Origin: Macrostomum lignano
Taxonomy: Eukaryota
Assembly (NCBI GenBank): GCA_002269645.1
Contig: NIVC01000413.1
Coordinates: 62,001-126,000, forward strand
Reading direction: 5' to 3'
Length of the DNA stretch: 64,000 nucleotides
Shown here: positions 35,017 through 48,151 of the stretch, one piece after another
Numbering within the stretch: the stretch's first letter is position 1
Layout of the letters: each line of letters opens with the position of its first letter
Notes under the pieces: model-generated
Seen by the model: the letters and a program-made list of their open reading frames with translations, nothing else
The model's database searches: none
Told to the model about the DNA's origin: nothing
Translations under genes and position numbers: made by a program

Positions 35017-38000
35017 CTAGCAATCTTCGCCCCCCGATGGGGGACATCTGGATAGAATCTCTGTTTTCTACAAGTAACAAAAAGACAGCCAAAAATCCTT
35101 CAAAAAGACAACAGACAAACTGCTCAAATGAAGTGCATTGCAAAAAGAAATCATCCCAAGACTGCAAGCATCCACCAGATAGCAAGCATCCCCAAGATGG
35201 CAAGCATCCCCCAGATAGCAAGCATCCCCCAGATAGCAAGCATCCACCAGATAGCAAGCATCCCCCAGATAGCAAGCATCCCCCAGATAGCAAGCATCCC
35301 CCAGATAGCAAGCATCCCCCAGATAGCAAGCATCCCCCAGATAGCAAGCATCACCCCAGATTGCAAGCATCCCAAGATAGCAAGCATCCCCCAGATTGCA
35401 AGCATCCCCCAGATAGCAAGCATCCCCCAAGATAGCAAGCATCCCCAGATAGCAAGCATCCCCCAGATAGCAAGCATCCCCCAGATAGCAAGCATCCCCC
35501 AGATTGCAAGCATCCCCAAGATAGCAAGCATCCCCCAGATAGCAAGCATCCCCGAGATAGATAGCATCCCCAAATAGCAAGCATCCACCAGACAATAAGT
35601 AGCTAGTGCGACAATTTCCTTAGCATTATAGCGGCTCCTTTAAAATTCGCTTACTTTTACGTTTGAAATTGTGTATCTTTTATGTTTGATACGGTGGCTT
35701 TTCAATGTCTGACATAGTGGCTCTTCTATGTTTGACATGGGGGCTCTTCTATGTTTGACATGGGGGCTCTTCTATGTTTGACATGGGGGCTCTATTATGT
35801 TTGACATGGTGGCTCTTTAATGTTCGAAATGGTGGCTCTTAAATGTTCAAAAAGGTGGCTCTTTTATGTTTGACATGGTGGCTCTTTAATGTTTGACATG
35901 GTGGCTCTTTTATGTTCGACATGGTGTCTCTTCAATGTTTGACATGGAGTCATGTATATGTTTGACATGGTGGCTCTTGTATTTTTAACATGTTGGCTCT
36001 TTAATGTTCGACATGGTGGCTCTTTAATGTCTAACATGGAGTCACGTATATGTTTGACATGGAGTCATGTATATGTCTGATATGGTAGCTCTTTAATGTT
36101 TTACATGGAGTCACGTATATGTTTGACATGGTGGTTCTTAAATGTTCGACATGGTGGCTCTTTAATGTGTTACATGGTGGCACTTTCATGTTTGACCTGG
36201 TGGCTCTTTAATGTTTGACATAGTGTCTCTTTAATGTTTGACATGGAGTCATGTATATGTTTGACATGGTAGCTCTTGAATGTTAGACATGGTGGCACTT
36301 TCATGTTTGACCTGGTGGCTCTTTAATGTTTGACATGGTGGCTCCTTAATATTTGACATGGTGGCCCTTTAATATTTGACATGGTGGCCCTTTAATGTTC
36401 GACATGGTGGCTCTTCAATGTTCGACATGGTGGCTCTTTTAGGTTTGAAATGGTGGCTCTTTAATGTTTGACATGGTGGCTTTTTAATGTTCGACATGGT
36501 GGCTCTTTTATGTTCGACATGGCGTCATGTATATGTTTGACATGGTAGCTCTTGAATGTTCAACATGGAGTCATGTATATGTTGGACATGGTGGCTCTTT
36601 AATGTTTGACATGGGGGCTCTTCTATGTTTGACATGGGGGCTCTTCTATGTTTGACATGGGGCTCTATTATGTTTGACATGGTGGCTCTTTAATGTTCGA
36701 AATGGTGGCTCTTTAATGTTCAAAAAGGTGGCTCTTTTATGTTTGACATGGTGGCTCTTTAATGTTTGACATGGTGGCTCTTTAATGTTTCACATGGTGG
36801 CTATTCAATGTTAGACAAAGTAGCTCTTTAATGTTTGACATGATGGCTCTTTAATGATAGACATGGTGGCTCTTTAATTTTTGACATGGTGACTCTTTAA
36901 TGTTGGACATGGTGGCTCTTTAATGTTAGAAATGGTGGCTCTTTAATGTTCGACATAAAGTCACTTATATGTTTGACATGATGGCTCTTTTATGTTTAAC
37001 ATGGTGGCTCTTTAATGTTTGACATGGTAGCTCTTTTATGTTCGACATGGTGGCTCTTTAATGTTCGACATGGTGGCTCTTTTATGTTCGACATGGTGTC
37101 GCTTCAATGTTTGACATGGAGTTACGTATATGTTTTACATGGTGGCTCTTTTATGTTCGACGTGGTGGCTCTTTAATGTTTGACATGGGGTCTCTTCAAT
37201 ATTTGACATGGAGTTACGTATATGTTTTACATGGTGGCTCTTTAATGTTTTACATGGTGGCACTTTCATGTTTGACCTGGTGGCTCTTAAATGTTTGACA
37301 TGGTGGCTCTTTAATGTTTGACATGGTGTCTCTTTAACGTTTGACATGGAGTCATGTATATGTTTGACATGGTGGCTCTTGATTGTTCGACATAGAGTCA
37401 TGTATATGTTTGCCATGGTGGCTCTTTAATGTTAGACATGGTGGCTCTTTTATGTTTTGCATGGTGGCTCTTTTATGTTCGACATGGTGTCTCTTCAATG
37501 TTTGACATGGAGTCATGTATATGTTTGACATGGTGGCTCTTGTATTTTTAATACGTTGGATCTTTAATGTTCGACATGGTGGCTCTTTAATGTCTAACAT
37601 GGAGTCACGTATATGTTTGACATGGAGTCATGTATATGTCTGATATGGTAGCTCTTTAATGTTTTACATGGAGTCACCTATATGTTTCACATGGTGGCTA
37701 TTTTATGTTTGACATGGTGGTTCTTAAATGTTCGACATGGTGGCTCTTTAATGTGTTACATGGTGGCACTTTCATGTTTGACCTGGTTGCTCTTTAATGT
37801 TTGACATGGTGGCTCTTTAATATTTGACATGGTGGCCCTTTTATGTTCGACATGGTGGCTCTTTAATGTTTGACATGAAGTCATGTATATGTTTGACCTG
37901 GTGGCTCTTTAATGTTTTATATGGTGGCACTTTCATGTTTGACCTGGTGGCTCTTTAATGTTTGACATGGTGGCTTTTTAATATTTGACATGGTGGCACT

Positions 38001-39353
38001 TTCATGTTTGACCTGGTGGGTCATTAATGTTTGACATGGTACCTCTTTTATGTTCGACATGGTGGCTCTTTAATGTTTTACATGGTGGCTCTTTACTGTT
38101 TGACATGGTGACTCTTTTATGTTCTACATTGTGGCTCTTTTATGTTCGACATGGTGGCTCTTTAATGTTTGATAAGGTGGCTCTTTAATGTTTGACATTG
38201 TGGCTCTTTAATATTTGACAAGGTGGCTCTTTAATGTTTAAAATGGTGGTTCTTTAATTTTCGAAATGGTGGCTGTTTTATGTTTGACATGGTGGCTCTT
38301 TAATGTTCTTAATGGTGTCTCTTTAATGTTTGCCATTGTGGCTCTTTAATGTTTGACATGGTGGCTTTTTAATGTTCGACATGGTGGCTCTTTTAGGTTT
38401 GAAATGGTGGCTCTTTAATGTTTGACATTGTGGCTCTTTAATGTTCGACATGGTGGCTCTTTAATGTTTGACATGGTAATTCTTTTATGTTTGATATGGT
38501 GGCTCTTTTATGTTCGACATGGTGGCTCTTTAATGTTCGACATGGTGGCTCTTTTAGGTTTGAAATGGTGGCTCTTTAATGTTTGACATGGCGGCTCTTT
38601 AATGTTTGAAATGGTGGCTCTTTAATGTTTGATATGGTGGCTCTTTTATGTTCGACATGGTGGCTCTTTAATGTTCGACATGGTGGCTCTTTTAGGTTTG
38701 AAATGGTGGCTCTTTAATGTTTGACATGGTGGCTCTTTTAGGTTTGAAATGGTGGCTCTTTAATGTTTAGAATTTTGTGTTTTTTAAGGTGTTTTAATAA
38801 AAAAAACATTTTTCACTACTAAGATTCGAACCAAGGTCGCTACATTAGCATTCCAGTCTGTTTGCATCCGGCTATCTCTTTTCAATTGGAGAACATGACT
38901 TGTGGCCCTTATAATTCAATACTTATAGCAAGTCGGTTAGAGTAAAAAGTTATGACATAATCAATTTCTCAGTCAGCCAGTATCAGTCTGAATTTAAGTT
39001 AGCAATATGGTTACGCAATTTAAATGAAGTCTTGTGTGCATTTCTTCGGCACTGTTTTCAACTGGTTGTGATGCAATCTTTATCACAATCGGAATTCAGC
39101 CAGTCAGTTTTTTCTCTAGCATTCTTACAATGCATTTCAAGTCAAAAATTTTGCTTGACCTTTGCAAAAAAGCATGTTTTTCGAATATTTAATCCCTTTA
39201 ACATTGAGCAATTTCTTAGCCAAGATGCATGTACCGTCCCAGGAACATTTCTGATCGAATGGTGCAAGTTTGAAGAAAATCGGTTGAGCCATTTTTTCTG
39301 AAATCTATCGCATAGCTAGTTAGTTACAGACATTTCATTTTTAGTATATAGGA
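35017..39353 (-). mobile_element. Helitron A2 (4337 bp): 18-bp array, 23-bp array, conserved 5' region
   Basis: Same termini as A1; junction with A3 reads CTAG|TCCTATATAC on the minus strand. Confidence 0.85.
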
Positions 39354-42300
39354 CTAGCAATCTTCGCCCCCCGATGGGGGACATCTGGTTAGAATCCTTG
39401 TTCTTTACAAATAACAAATAGACAGCGAACTAAAGCCTTCAAAAAACAACAACAGACATTCCCTCTAAAAACAAAACATCCCAAGACAGCAAGCATCCTC
39501 AGACAGCATTCAAGCATCGATCCCAAAATAGCAAGCATCCCCCAGGTAGCAAGCATCCCCCGATAGCAAGCAACCCCAGATAGCAAGCATCCGCAGATAG
39601 CAAGCATTCCCCAGACCCCAGATAGTAAGCATCCCCCAGATAGCAAGCATCCCCCAGATCGCAAGCATCCCCCAGATCGCAAGCATCCCCCAGATAGCAA
39701 GCACCCCAAATAGTAAGCATCCACCATACAATAAGTAAAGTAGCTAGTGCTACAATTTCCTTAGCTCTATAGTGGCTCCTTTAAAATTGGCATGACGCTT
39801 ACTTTTACGTTTGAAATTGTGTAAATTTTATGTTTGACATGGTGGCTCTTTAATGTTTGACATGGTGGCTTTTTAATGTTTGACATGGTGGCTCTTTAAT
39901 GTTTGACATGGTGGCTCTTTTATGTTCTACATGGTGGCTCTCTTATGTTTGATTCAGGGTTTTTTTAATGTCTGACATGGTGTCTCTTTATTGTTTGACA
40001 TGGTGGCGTTTTACTGTTTGACATTATGGCTCTTTAATTTTTGACATGGTGGCTCTTTTATGTTTGAAATGGTGGCTCTTTATGTTAGACATGGTGGCTC
40101 TTTAATGTTCGACATGGTGGCTCTTTAATGTTAGACATGATGGCTCTTTAATGTTTGACATTGCGGCTCTTTTAATGTTTGACATGGTGGCTCTTTTATG
40201 TTGGACATGGTGGCTCTTTTTTGCTTGACATGGTGGCTCTTTACTGTTTGACATGGTGGCTCTTTAATGTTCGAAATGGTGGCTCTTTAATGTTTGACAT
40301 GATGGCTCTTTTATGTTTGACATGGTGGCTCTTTTATGTTGGACATAGTGGTTCTTTAATGTTCGACATGGTGGCTCTTTATTGTTCGACATGATGGCTC
40401 TTTAATGTTTGACATTGCGGCTCTTTAATGTTTGACATGGTGGCTCCTTTATGTTTGACATGGTGGCTCTTTTTTGATTGACATGGTGGCTCCTTTATGT
40501 TTGACATGATGGCTCTTTTATGTTTGACATGGTGGCTCTTTAATGTTTTACGTGGTGGCTCTTTAATGTTCTTCATGGTAGCTGTTTTATGTTTGACATG
40601 GTGGCTCTTCTATGTTTGACATGGTGGCTCTTTAATGTTCTACATGGTGGCTCTCTTATGTTTGATTCGGGTTTTTTTAATGTCTGACATGGTGTCCCTT
40701 TATTGTTTGACATAGTGGCTCTTTTATGTTTGACATGATGGCTCTTTAATGTTCGACATGGTGGCTCTTTAATGTTTGACATGGTGGCTCTTTAATGTTT
40801 GACCTGGTGGCACCTTAATGTAATGATGGCTCTTTAATGTTTGAAATGGTGGCTCTTTAATGTTCGACATGGTGGCTCCTTTATGTTTAACATGGTGCTC
40901 TTAAATGTTTGACATCGTGGCTCTTTAATGTTTGACATGGTGGCTCTCTAGTGTTTCACATGGAGTCACGTCTGTGTTTGACATGGAGTCACGTATATAT
41001 TTGGCATGGAGTCACGTATATGCTTTTCATGGTGGCTCTTTTATGTTTGACATGGTGGGTCTTTAATGTTTGACATGGTGGCTCTTTAATTTTTGACATG
41101 ATGGCTCTTTAATGTTCGACATGATGGCTGTTTAATGTTTGTTATGTAGTCATGTGTATATGTTTTACATGGTGGCTCTTTTATGTGTGACATGGAGTCA
41201 CGTATATATTTGACATGGAGTCACATATATGTTTGACATGATGGCTCTTTTATGTTTGACATGGTGGCTCTTTTATGTTTGACATGGTGGCTGTTTTATG
41301 TTTGACATGGTGGCTCTTCTATGTTTGACATGGTGGCTCTTTAATGTTCTACATGGTGGCTCTTTTATGTTTGACATGATGGCTCTTTAATGTTCGACAT
41401 GGTGGCTCTTCTATGTTTGACATGGTGGCTCTTTAATGTTTGACCTGGTGGCACCTTAATGTAATGATGGCTCTTTAATGTTTGAAATGGTGGCTCTTTA
41501 ATGTTCGACATGGTGGCTCCTTTATGTTTAACATGGTGCTCTTAAATGTTTGACATCGTGGCTCTTTAATGTTTGACATGGTGGCTCTCTAGTGTTTCAC
41601 ATGGAGTCACGTCTGTGTTTGACATGGAGTCACGTATATATTTGGCATGGAGTCACGTATATGCTTTTCATGGTGGCTCTTTTATGTTTGACATGGTGGG
41701 TCTTTAATGTTTGACATGGTGGCTCTTTAATTTTTGACATGATGGCTCTTTAATGTTCGACATGATGGCTGTTTAATGTTTGTTATGTAGTCATGTGTAT
41801 ATGTTTTACATGGTGGCTCTTTTATGTGTGACATGGAGTCACGTATATATTTGACATGGAGTCACATATATGTTTGACATGGTGGCTCTTTAGTGTTCGA
41901 TATGGTGGCTGTTTAATGTTTGACATAGTGGCTATTTTATGTTTGACATAGTGGCTCTTTAATGTCTGACATGGTGGCTCTTTAATGTTTGACATGGTGG
42001 CTCTTTTATGTTCGACATGGTGGCTCTTTAATGTACGACATAATGGCTCGTTTATTTTCGACATGGTGGCTCTTTAGTGTTTGACATGGCTTTTTAATGT
42101 TTGACATGGTGGCTCTTTTATGCTTGACATGGTGGCTCTTTAACGTTCGACATGGTGGCTCTTTAATGTTTGACATGGTGGCTCTTTTATGCTTGACATG
42201 GTGGCTCTTTAATGTTTGACATAAAGTCACTTATACATGGTGTCTCTTAAATATTAGACATGGTGGCTCGTTTAGGTTTGACATGTTGGCTCTTTTATGT

Positions 42301-43581
42301 TTGACATGGTGGCTCTTTTATGTTCGACATGGTGGCTCTTTTTTGTTCTACATGGTAACTCTTTTATGTTTGATACGGTGGCTTTTTAATATCTGACATG
42401 GTGGCTCATCTATGTTTGACATTGTGGCTCTTCTGTGTTTGACATGGTGGCTGTTTAATGTTTGACATGGTGGCTCTTTAATGTACGACATAATGGCTCG
42501 TTTAAGTTGGACATGGTGGCTTTTTAATGTTTGACATGGTAGCTCTGTTATGTTCGACATGGTGGCTCTTTTAGGTTTGACATGGTGGCTCTTAAATGTT
42601 TCACATGGTGGCTCTTAAATGTCTTACATGGTGGCTCTTTTATGTTTGACAATGTGGCTGTTTAATGTTTTACATGGCGGCTCTTTTATGTTCGACATGG
42701 TGGCTCTTTAATGTTTGACATGCTAGCTCTTTAATGTTCGACATAGTGGCTCTTTTATGTTTGGCATGGTGGCTATTTAATGTTCTTCATGGTGGCTCTT
42801 TTACGTTTGACATGGTGGGTCTTTAATGTTCGACGTGGTGGCTCTTTAATTTTCGAAATGGTGACTCTTTTATGTTTCACATGGTGGCTCTTTAATGTTT
42901 GACATAGAGTGACGTATATGTTTTACATGGTGCCCATGTAATGTTTGACATGGTGCCTCTTTTATGTTTGACATTGTGCTTTTTTATGTTTAGCAGTTTC
43001 GTGTTTTCAAGGTGTTTTAATAAAAAAATCTTTTTGCAGCACTAAGATTGGAACCCAGGTCGCTGCATTAGCAGTCCAGTCTGTTCGCATCTATGCTATC
43101 TCTTTTCAATTGGCGAACATGATTTGTGGCCCTTATAATTCAATGCTTACAGCAAGTTGGTTAGAGTAAAAAGTTATGACATAATCAATTTCTTAGTCAG
43201 CCAGTATCAGTGTCAATTTAAGTTAGCAATATTGTTACGCAATTTCAATCAAGTTGTGTGTGCATTTCTTTGGCACTGTTTTCAACTTGTTGTGATGCAA
43301 TCTTTATCAGAATTGAAATTCAGTCAGTCAGTTTTTTCTCTAGCATTCTTACAATGCATTTCAGATCGAAAGAGCCGCTTGACCTTTGCAAAAAAGCCTG
43401 TTTTTCGAATATTTAATCCCTTTAATATTGAGCAATTTTTTAGCCAAGATGCATGTACCGTCCCAGGAAAATTTCTGATCGAATGGTGCAAGTTTGAAGA
43501 AAATCGGTTGAGCCATTTTTTCTGAAATCTATCGCATACCTACCCACATACATACAGACAACTCATTTTTAGTATATAGGA
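39354..43581 (-). mobile_element. Helitron A3 (4228 bp)
   Basis: Same termini; a ~641-bp internal duplication in the 23-bp array (marker at 40801 and 41442). Confidence 0.85.
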
Positions 43582-46500
43582 CTAGCAATCTAGTGCGGCC
43601 CCCCTTCGGGGCGCCCAATAAGAACGAAGCAAAAATAGTTTATGGAAATCAATGAAAAAGCACATTTTCTTAAAAACTAAGTCCTTCATCACTTTTAAAA
43701 ATCACCTTATTCATTTAAAATTGTCATGGACAATAATATTTGCTATGAATCTCTTTTTTTCTAAAATTAACAAACAGACAAGAAAATTTAGCTTTCACAA
43801 AGATCACAGCCATTACCCCTAAATAGAAAATATTCCCAAGACAGCAAGCATCCCCCCAGTAGCAAGCACCCGCCTCCAAAAGTAAACAACCGCAGATAGC
43901 AAGCATCCCCTAATACTCCTAGCAAGTATCCACCCAGATAGCAAGCATCCCCTAAAACTCCTAGCAAGCATCCACCCAGATAGCAAGCATCTGCAGATAG
44001 CAAGCATCTTGTAGATAGCAAGCATCCCCCAAATAGAAGCATCTCCCGGATAAAAGCATCCAGCCAAATAGCAAGCATCCCCCAAATAATGTAGAAGCAT
44101 CCTTCCAGATAGCAAGCATCCTGCAAATAGCAAGAATCCCTAAATAGCAAGCATCCCTGGATAGAAATAATCCTATACATGTAGCCAAGCTTATCAAGCG
44201 CAGTAATCCTTGGCTATGGAGTGAAGTAATCCTTGGCTATGGAGTGAAGTAATCCTTGGTTTATTAAGACCAATAATCTTTGGCTTATCGAGTGCAGTAA
44301 TCCTTGGTTTATTAATAGCAATAATCCCTGGCTTCTCAAGTGCAGTAATCCTTGGTTTTCCAAGTTTAGTAATCCTTGGTTTATTAATAGCAATAATCCT
44401 TGGCTTATTGAGTGCAGTAATCTTTGGTTTTCTAAGTGCAGTAATCCTTGGTTTATTAATAGCAATAAATCTTGGCTTATCGAGTGCAGTAGTCCATGGT
44501 TTATTAATAGCAATAATCCTTGGCTTATCGAGTGCAGTAATCCTTGGTTTATTAATAGCAATAATCCTTGGCTTATCGAGTGCAGTAATCCTTGGTTTAT
44601 TAACAGCAATAATCCTTGGCTTATCGAGTGCAGTAGTCCATGGTTTATTAATAGCAATAATCCTTGGCTTATCGAGTGCAGTAATCCTTGGTTTATTAAT
44701 AGCAATAATCCTTGGCTTATCGAGTGCAGTAATCCTTGGTTTATTAATAGCAATAATCCTTGGCTTATCAAGTGCATTAATCCTTGGTTTATTAATAGCA
44801 ATAATCCTTGGCTTATCGAGTGCAGTAATCCTTGGTTTATTAATAGCAATAATCCTTGGCTTATCGAGTGCAGTAATCCTTGGTTTGCCAAGTGCAGTAA
44901 TCCTTGGTTTATTAATAGCAATAATCCTTGGCTTATCGAGTGCAGTAATCCTTGGTTTATTAATAGCAATAATCCTTGGCTTATCGAGTGCAGTAATCCT
45001 TGGTTTAACAAGTGCAGTAATCCTTGGTTTATTAATAGCAATAATCCTTGATTAATCAAGTGCAGTAATCCTTGGTTTGCCCAGAGCAATAGTCCTTGGT
45101 TTATTGAGTGCAGTAATCCTTGGTTTATTAATAGCAATAATCCTTGGCTTATCGAGTGCAGTAATCATTGGTTTATTAATAGCAATAATCCTTGATTAAT
45201 CAAGTGCAGTAATCCTTGGTTTGCCAAGAGCAATAGTCCTTGGTTTATTGAGTGCAGTAATCCTTGGTTTATTAATAGCAATAATCCTTGGCTTATCGAG
45301 TGCAGTAATCCTTGGTTTGCCAAGTGCAGTAATCCTTGGTTTATTAATAGCAATAATCCTTGGCTTATCGAGTGCAGTAATCCTTGGTTTGCCAAGTGCA
45401 GTAATCCTTGGTTTATTAATAGCAATAATCCTTGGCTTATCGAGTGCAGTAATCCTTGGTTTATTAATAGCAATAATCCTTGATTAATCAAGTGCAGTAA
45501 TCCTTGGTTTGCCCAGAGCAATAGTCCTTGGTTTATTGAGTGCAGTAATCCTTGGTTTATTAATAGCAATAATCCTTGGCTTATCGAGTGCAGTAATCAT
45601 TGGTTTATTAATAGCAATAATCCTTGATTAATCAAGTGCAGTAATCCTTGGTTTGCCAAGAGCAATAGTCCTTGGTTTATTGAGTGCAGTAATCCTTGGT
45701 TTATTAATAGCAATAATCCTTGGCTTATCGAGTGCAGTAATCCTTGGTTTGCCAAGTGCAGTAATCCTTGGTTTATTAATAGCAATAATCCTTGGCTTAT
45801 CGAGTGCAGTAATCCTTGGTTTGCCAAGTGCAGTAATCCTTGGTTTATTAATAGCAATAATCCTTGGCTTATCGAGTGCAGTAATCCTTGGTTTAATAAT
45901 AGCAATAATCCTTGATTAATCAAGTGCAGTAATCCTTGGTTTGCCCAGAGCAATAGTCCTTGGTTTATTGAGTGCAGTAATCCTTGGTTTATTAATAGCA
46001 ATAATCCTTGGCTTATCGAGTGCAGTAATCCTTGGTTTATTAATAGCAATAATCCTTGATTAATCAAGTGCATTAATCCTTGGTTTATTAATAGCAATAA
46101 TCCTTGGCTTATCGAGTGCAGTAATCCTTGGTTTATTAATAGCAATAATCCATGGCTTATCGAGTGCAGTAATCCTTGGTTTGCCAAGTGCAGTAATCCT
46201 TGGTTTAATAATAGCAATAATCCTTGATTAATCAAGTGCAGTATTCCTTGGTTTGCCCAGAGCAATAGTCCTTGGTTTATTGAGTGCAGTAATCCTTGGT
46301 TTATTAATAGCAATAATCCATGGCTTATCGAGTGCAGTAATCCTTGGTTTATTAATAGCAATAATCCTTGATTAATCAAGTGAATTAATCCTTGGTTTAT
46401 TAATAGCAATAATCCTTGGCTTATCGAGTGCAGTAATCCTTGGTTTATTAATAGCAATAATCCATGGCTTATCGAGTGCAGTAATCCTTGGTTTGCCAAG

Positions 46501-48151
46501 TGCAGTAATCCTTGGTTTATTAATAGCAATAATCCATGGCTTATCGAGTGCAGTAATCCTTGGTTTATTAATAGCAATAATCCTTGGCTTATCGAGTGCA
46601 GTAATCATTGGTTTATTAATAGCAATAATCCTTGATTAATCAAGTGCAGTAATCCTTGGTTTGCCAGGAGCAATAGTCCTTGGTTTATTGAGTGCAGTAA
46701 TCCTTGGTTTATTAATAGCAATAATCCTTGGCTTATCGAGTGCAGTAATCCTTGGTTTGCCAAGTGCAGTAATCCTTGGTTTATTAATAGCAATAATCCT
46801 TGGCTTATCGAGTGCAGTAATCCTTGGTTTATTAATAGCAATAATCCATGGCTTATCGAGTGCAGTAATCCTTGGTTTGCCAAGTGCAGTAATCCTTGGT
46901 TTATTAATAGCAATAATCCTTGGCTTATCGAGTGCAGTAATCATTGGTTTATTAAAAGCAATAATCCTTGGCTTATCGAGTGCAGTAATCCTTGGTTTAA
47001 TAATAGCAATAATCCTTGATTAATCAAGTGCAGTAATCCTTGGTTTGCCCAGAGCAATAGTCCTTGGTTTATTGAGTGCAGTAATCCTTGGTTTATTAAT
47101 AGCAATAATCCTTGGCTTATCGACTGCAGTAATCCTTGGTTTATTAATAGCAATAATCCATGGCTTATCGAGTGCAGTAATCCTTGGTTTGCCAAGTGCA
47201 GTAATCCTTGGTTTATTAATAGCAATAATCCATGGCTTATCGAGTGCAGTAATCCTTGGTTTATTAATAGCAATAATCCTTGGCTTATCGAGTGCAGTAA
47301 TCATTGGTTTATTAATAGCAATAATCCTTGATTAATCAAGTGCATTAATCCTTGGTTTATTAATAGCAATAATCCTTGGCTTATTGAGTGCAGTAATCCT
47401 TGGTTTATTAATAGCAATAATCCTTGGCTTATCGAGTGCAGTAATCTAAGTTTTGTTTTATTAAAGGACTAAATGTTTTATTAAAGGACTAAATATTTAA
47501 TAAAAGCTTTTAATAAAAAAATTTATACTACTACTTTTAAACTACTTAGATTCGAAGCCAGGTCGCTGCATTAGCAGTCTGGTCTGTTCAGCTCTAGGCT
47601 AGCTCTCATCGAAGTTATCAGTGAATTTGTACCACTTATATAATTCAACACTCACACCAAGTCAGGTAGAGTAAAAAGTCACACGAAGCAGTTATGACAT
47701 AATCAATTTCTTAGGCAAGTCAGTACCAGTGTCTATGAAAGCTAACAATATGGTTACGTAATATAAATTCAGTACTGCACTATGCTTTCACACTCAAAGC
47801 TGTGACGCAATTCAATTGAGTGTCAAATTCAGCCAGTACACAGACGATAAACAAAGTGTATTGTGATGCAATCTATTTTAGAATCAGAATTCAACCAGTC
47901 AGTTTTTCTGCTAGCATTCTTACAATGCATTTCGATGCTTGACCTTTGCAAAAAAGCATGTTTTTCGAATATTTAATCCCTTTAGCATCGAGCAATTTCT
48001 TAGCCACGATGCATGTACCGTCACGGAATAATTTCTGATCGAACAGTGCAGGTTCGAAGAAAATCGGTTCAGCCGTTTTTGCTAAAATCGATCACACACA
48101 CACACACACACACGCACGCACACACAAACAGACCATTTTTAGTATATTAGA
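43582..48151 (-). mobile_element. Helitron A4 variant (4570 bp) carrying a 24-bp satellite instead of the 23-bp one
   Basis: 3' CTAG with a variant hairpin; degenerate 17/18-mer block at 43840-44160; 5' end TCTAATATACTAAAAATGG; 5' region homologous to A1-A3. Confidence 0.8.
44195..47447 (+). repeat. 24-bp satellite (AATCCTTGG core; alternating ..TTTATTAATAGCAAT / ..CTTATCGAGTGCAGT) with 48-bp dimer and local 432-bp higher-order period
   Basis: Direct reading; ORF-track duplicates offset by 432 bp (45165/45597, 45221/45653). Confidence 0.95.

Noticed and set aside
44214-47335. 300-aa Leu-rich ORFs (LLLINQGL; SAVILGLL) resembling LRR or membrane proteins
   Set aside because: A 24-bp satellite keeps frames open on both strands; it is bounded by Helitron sequence
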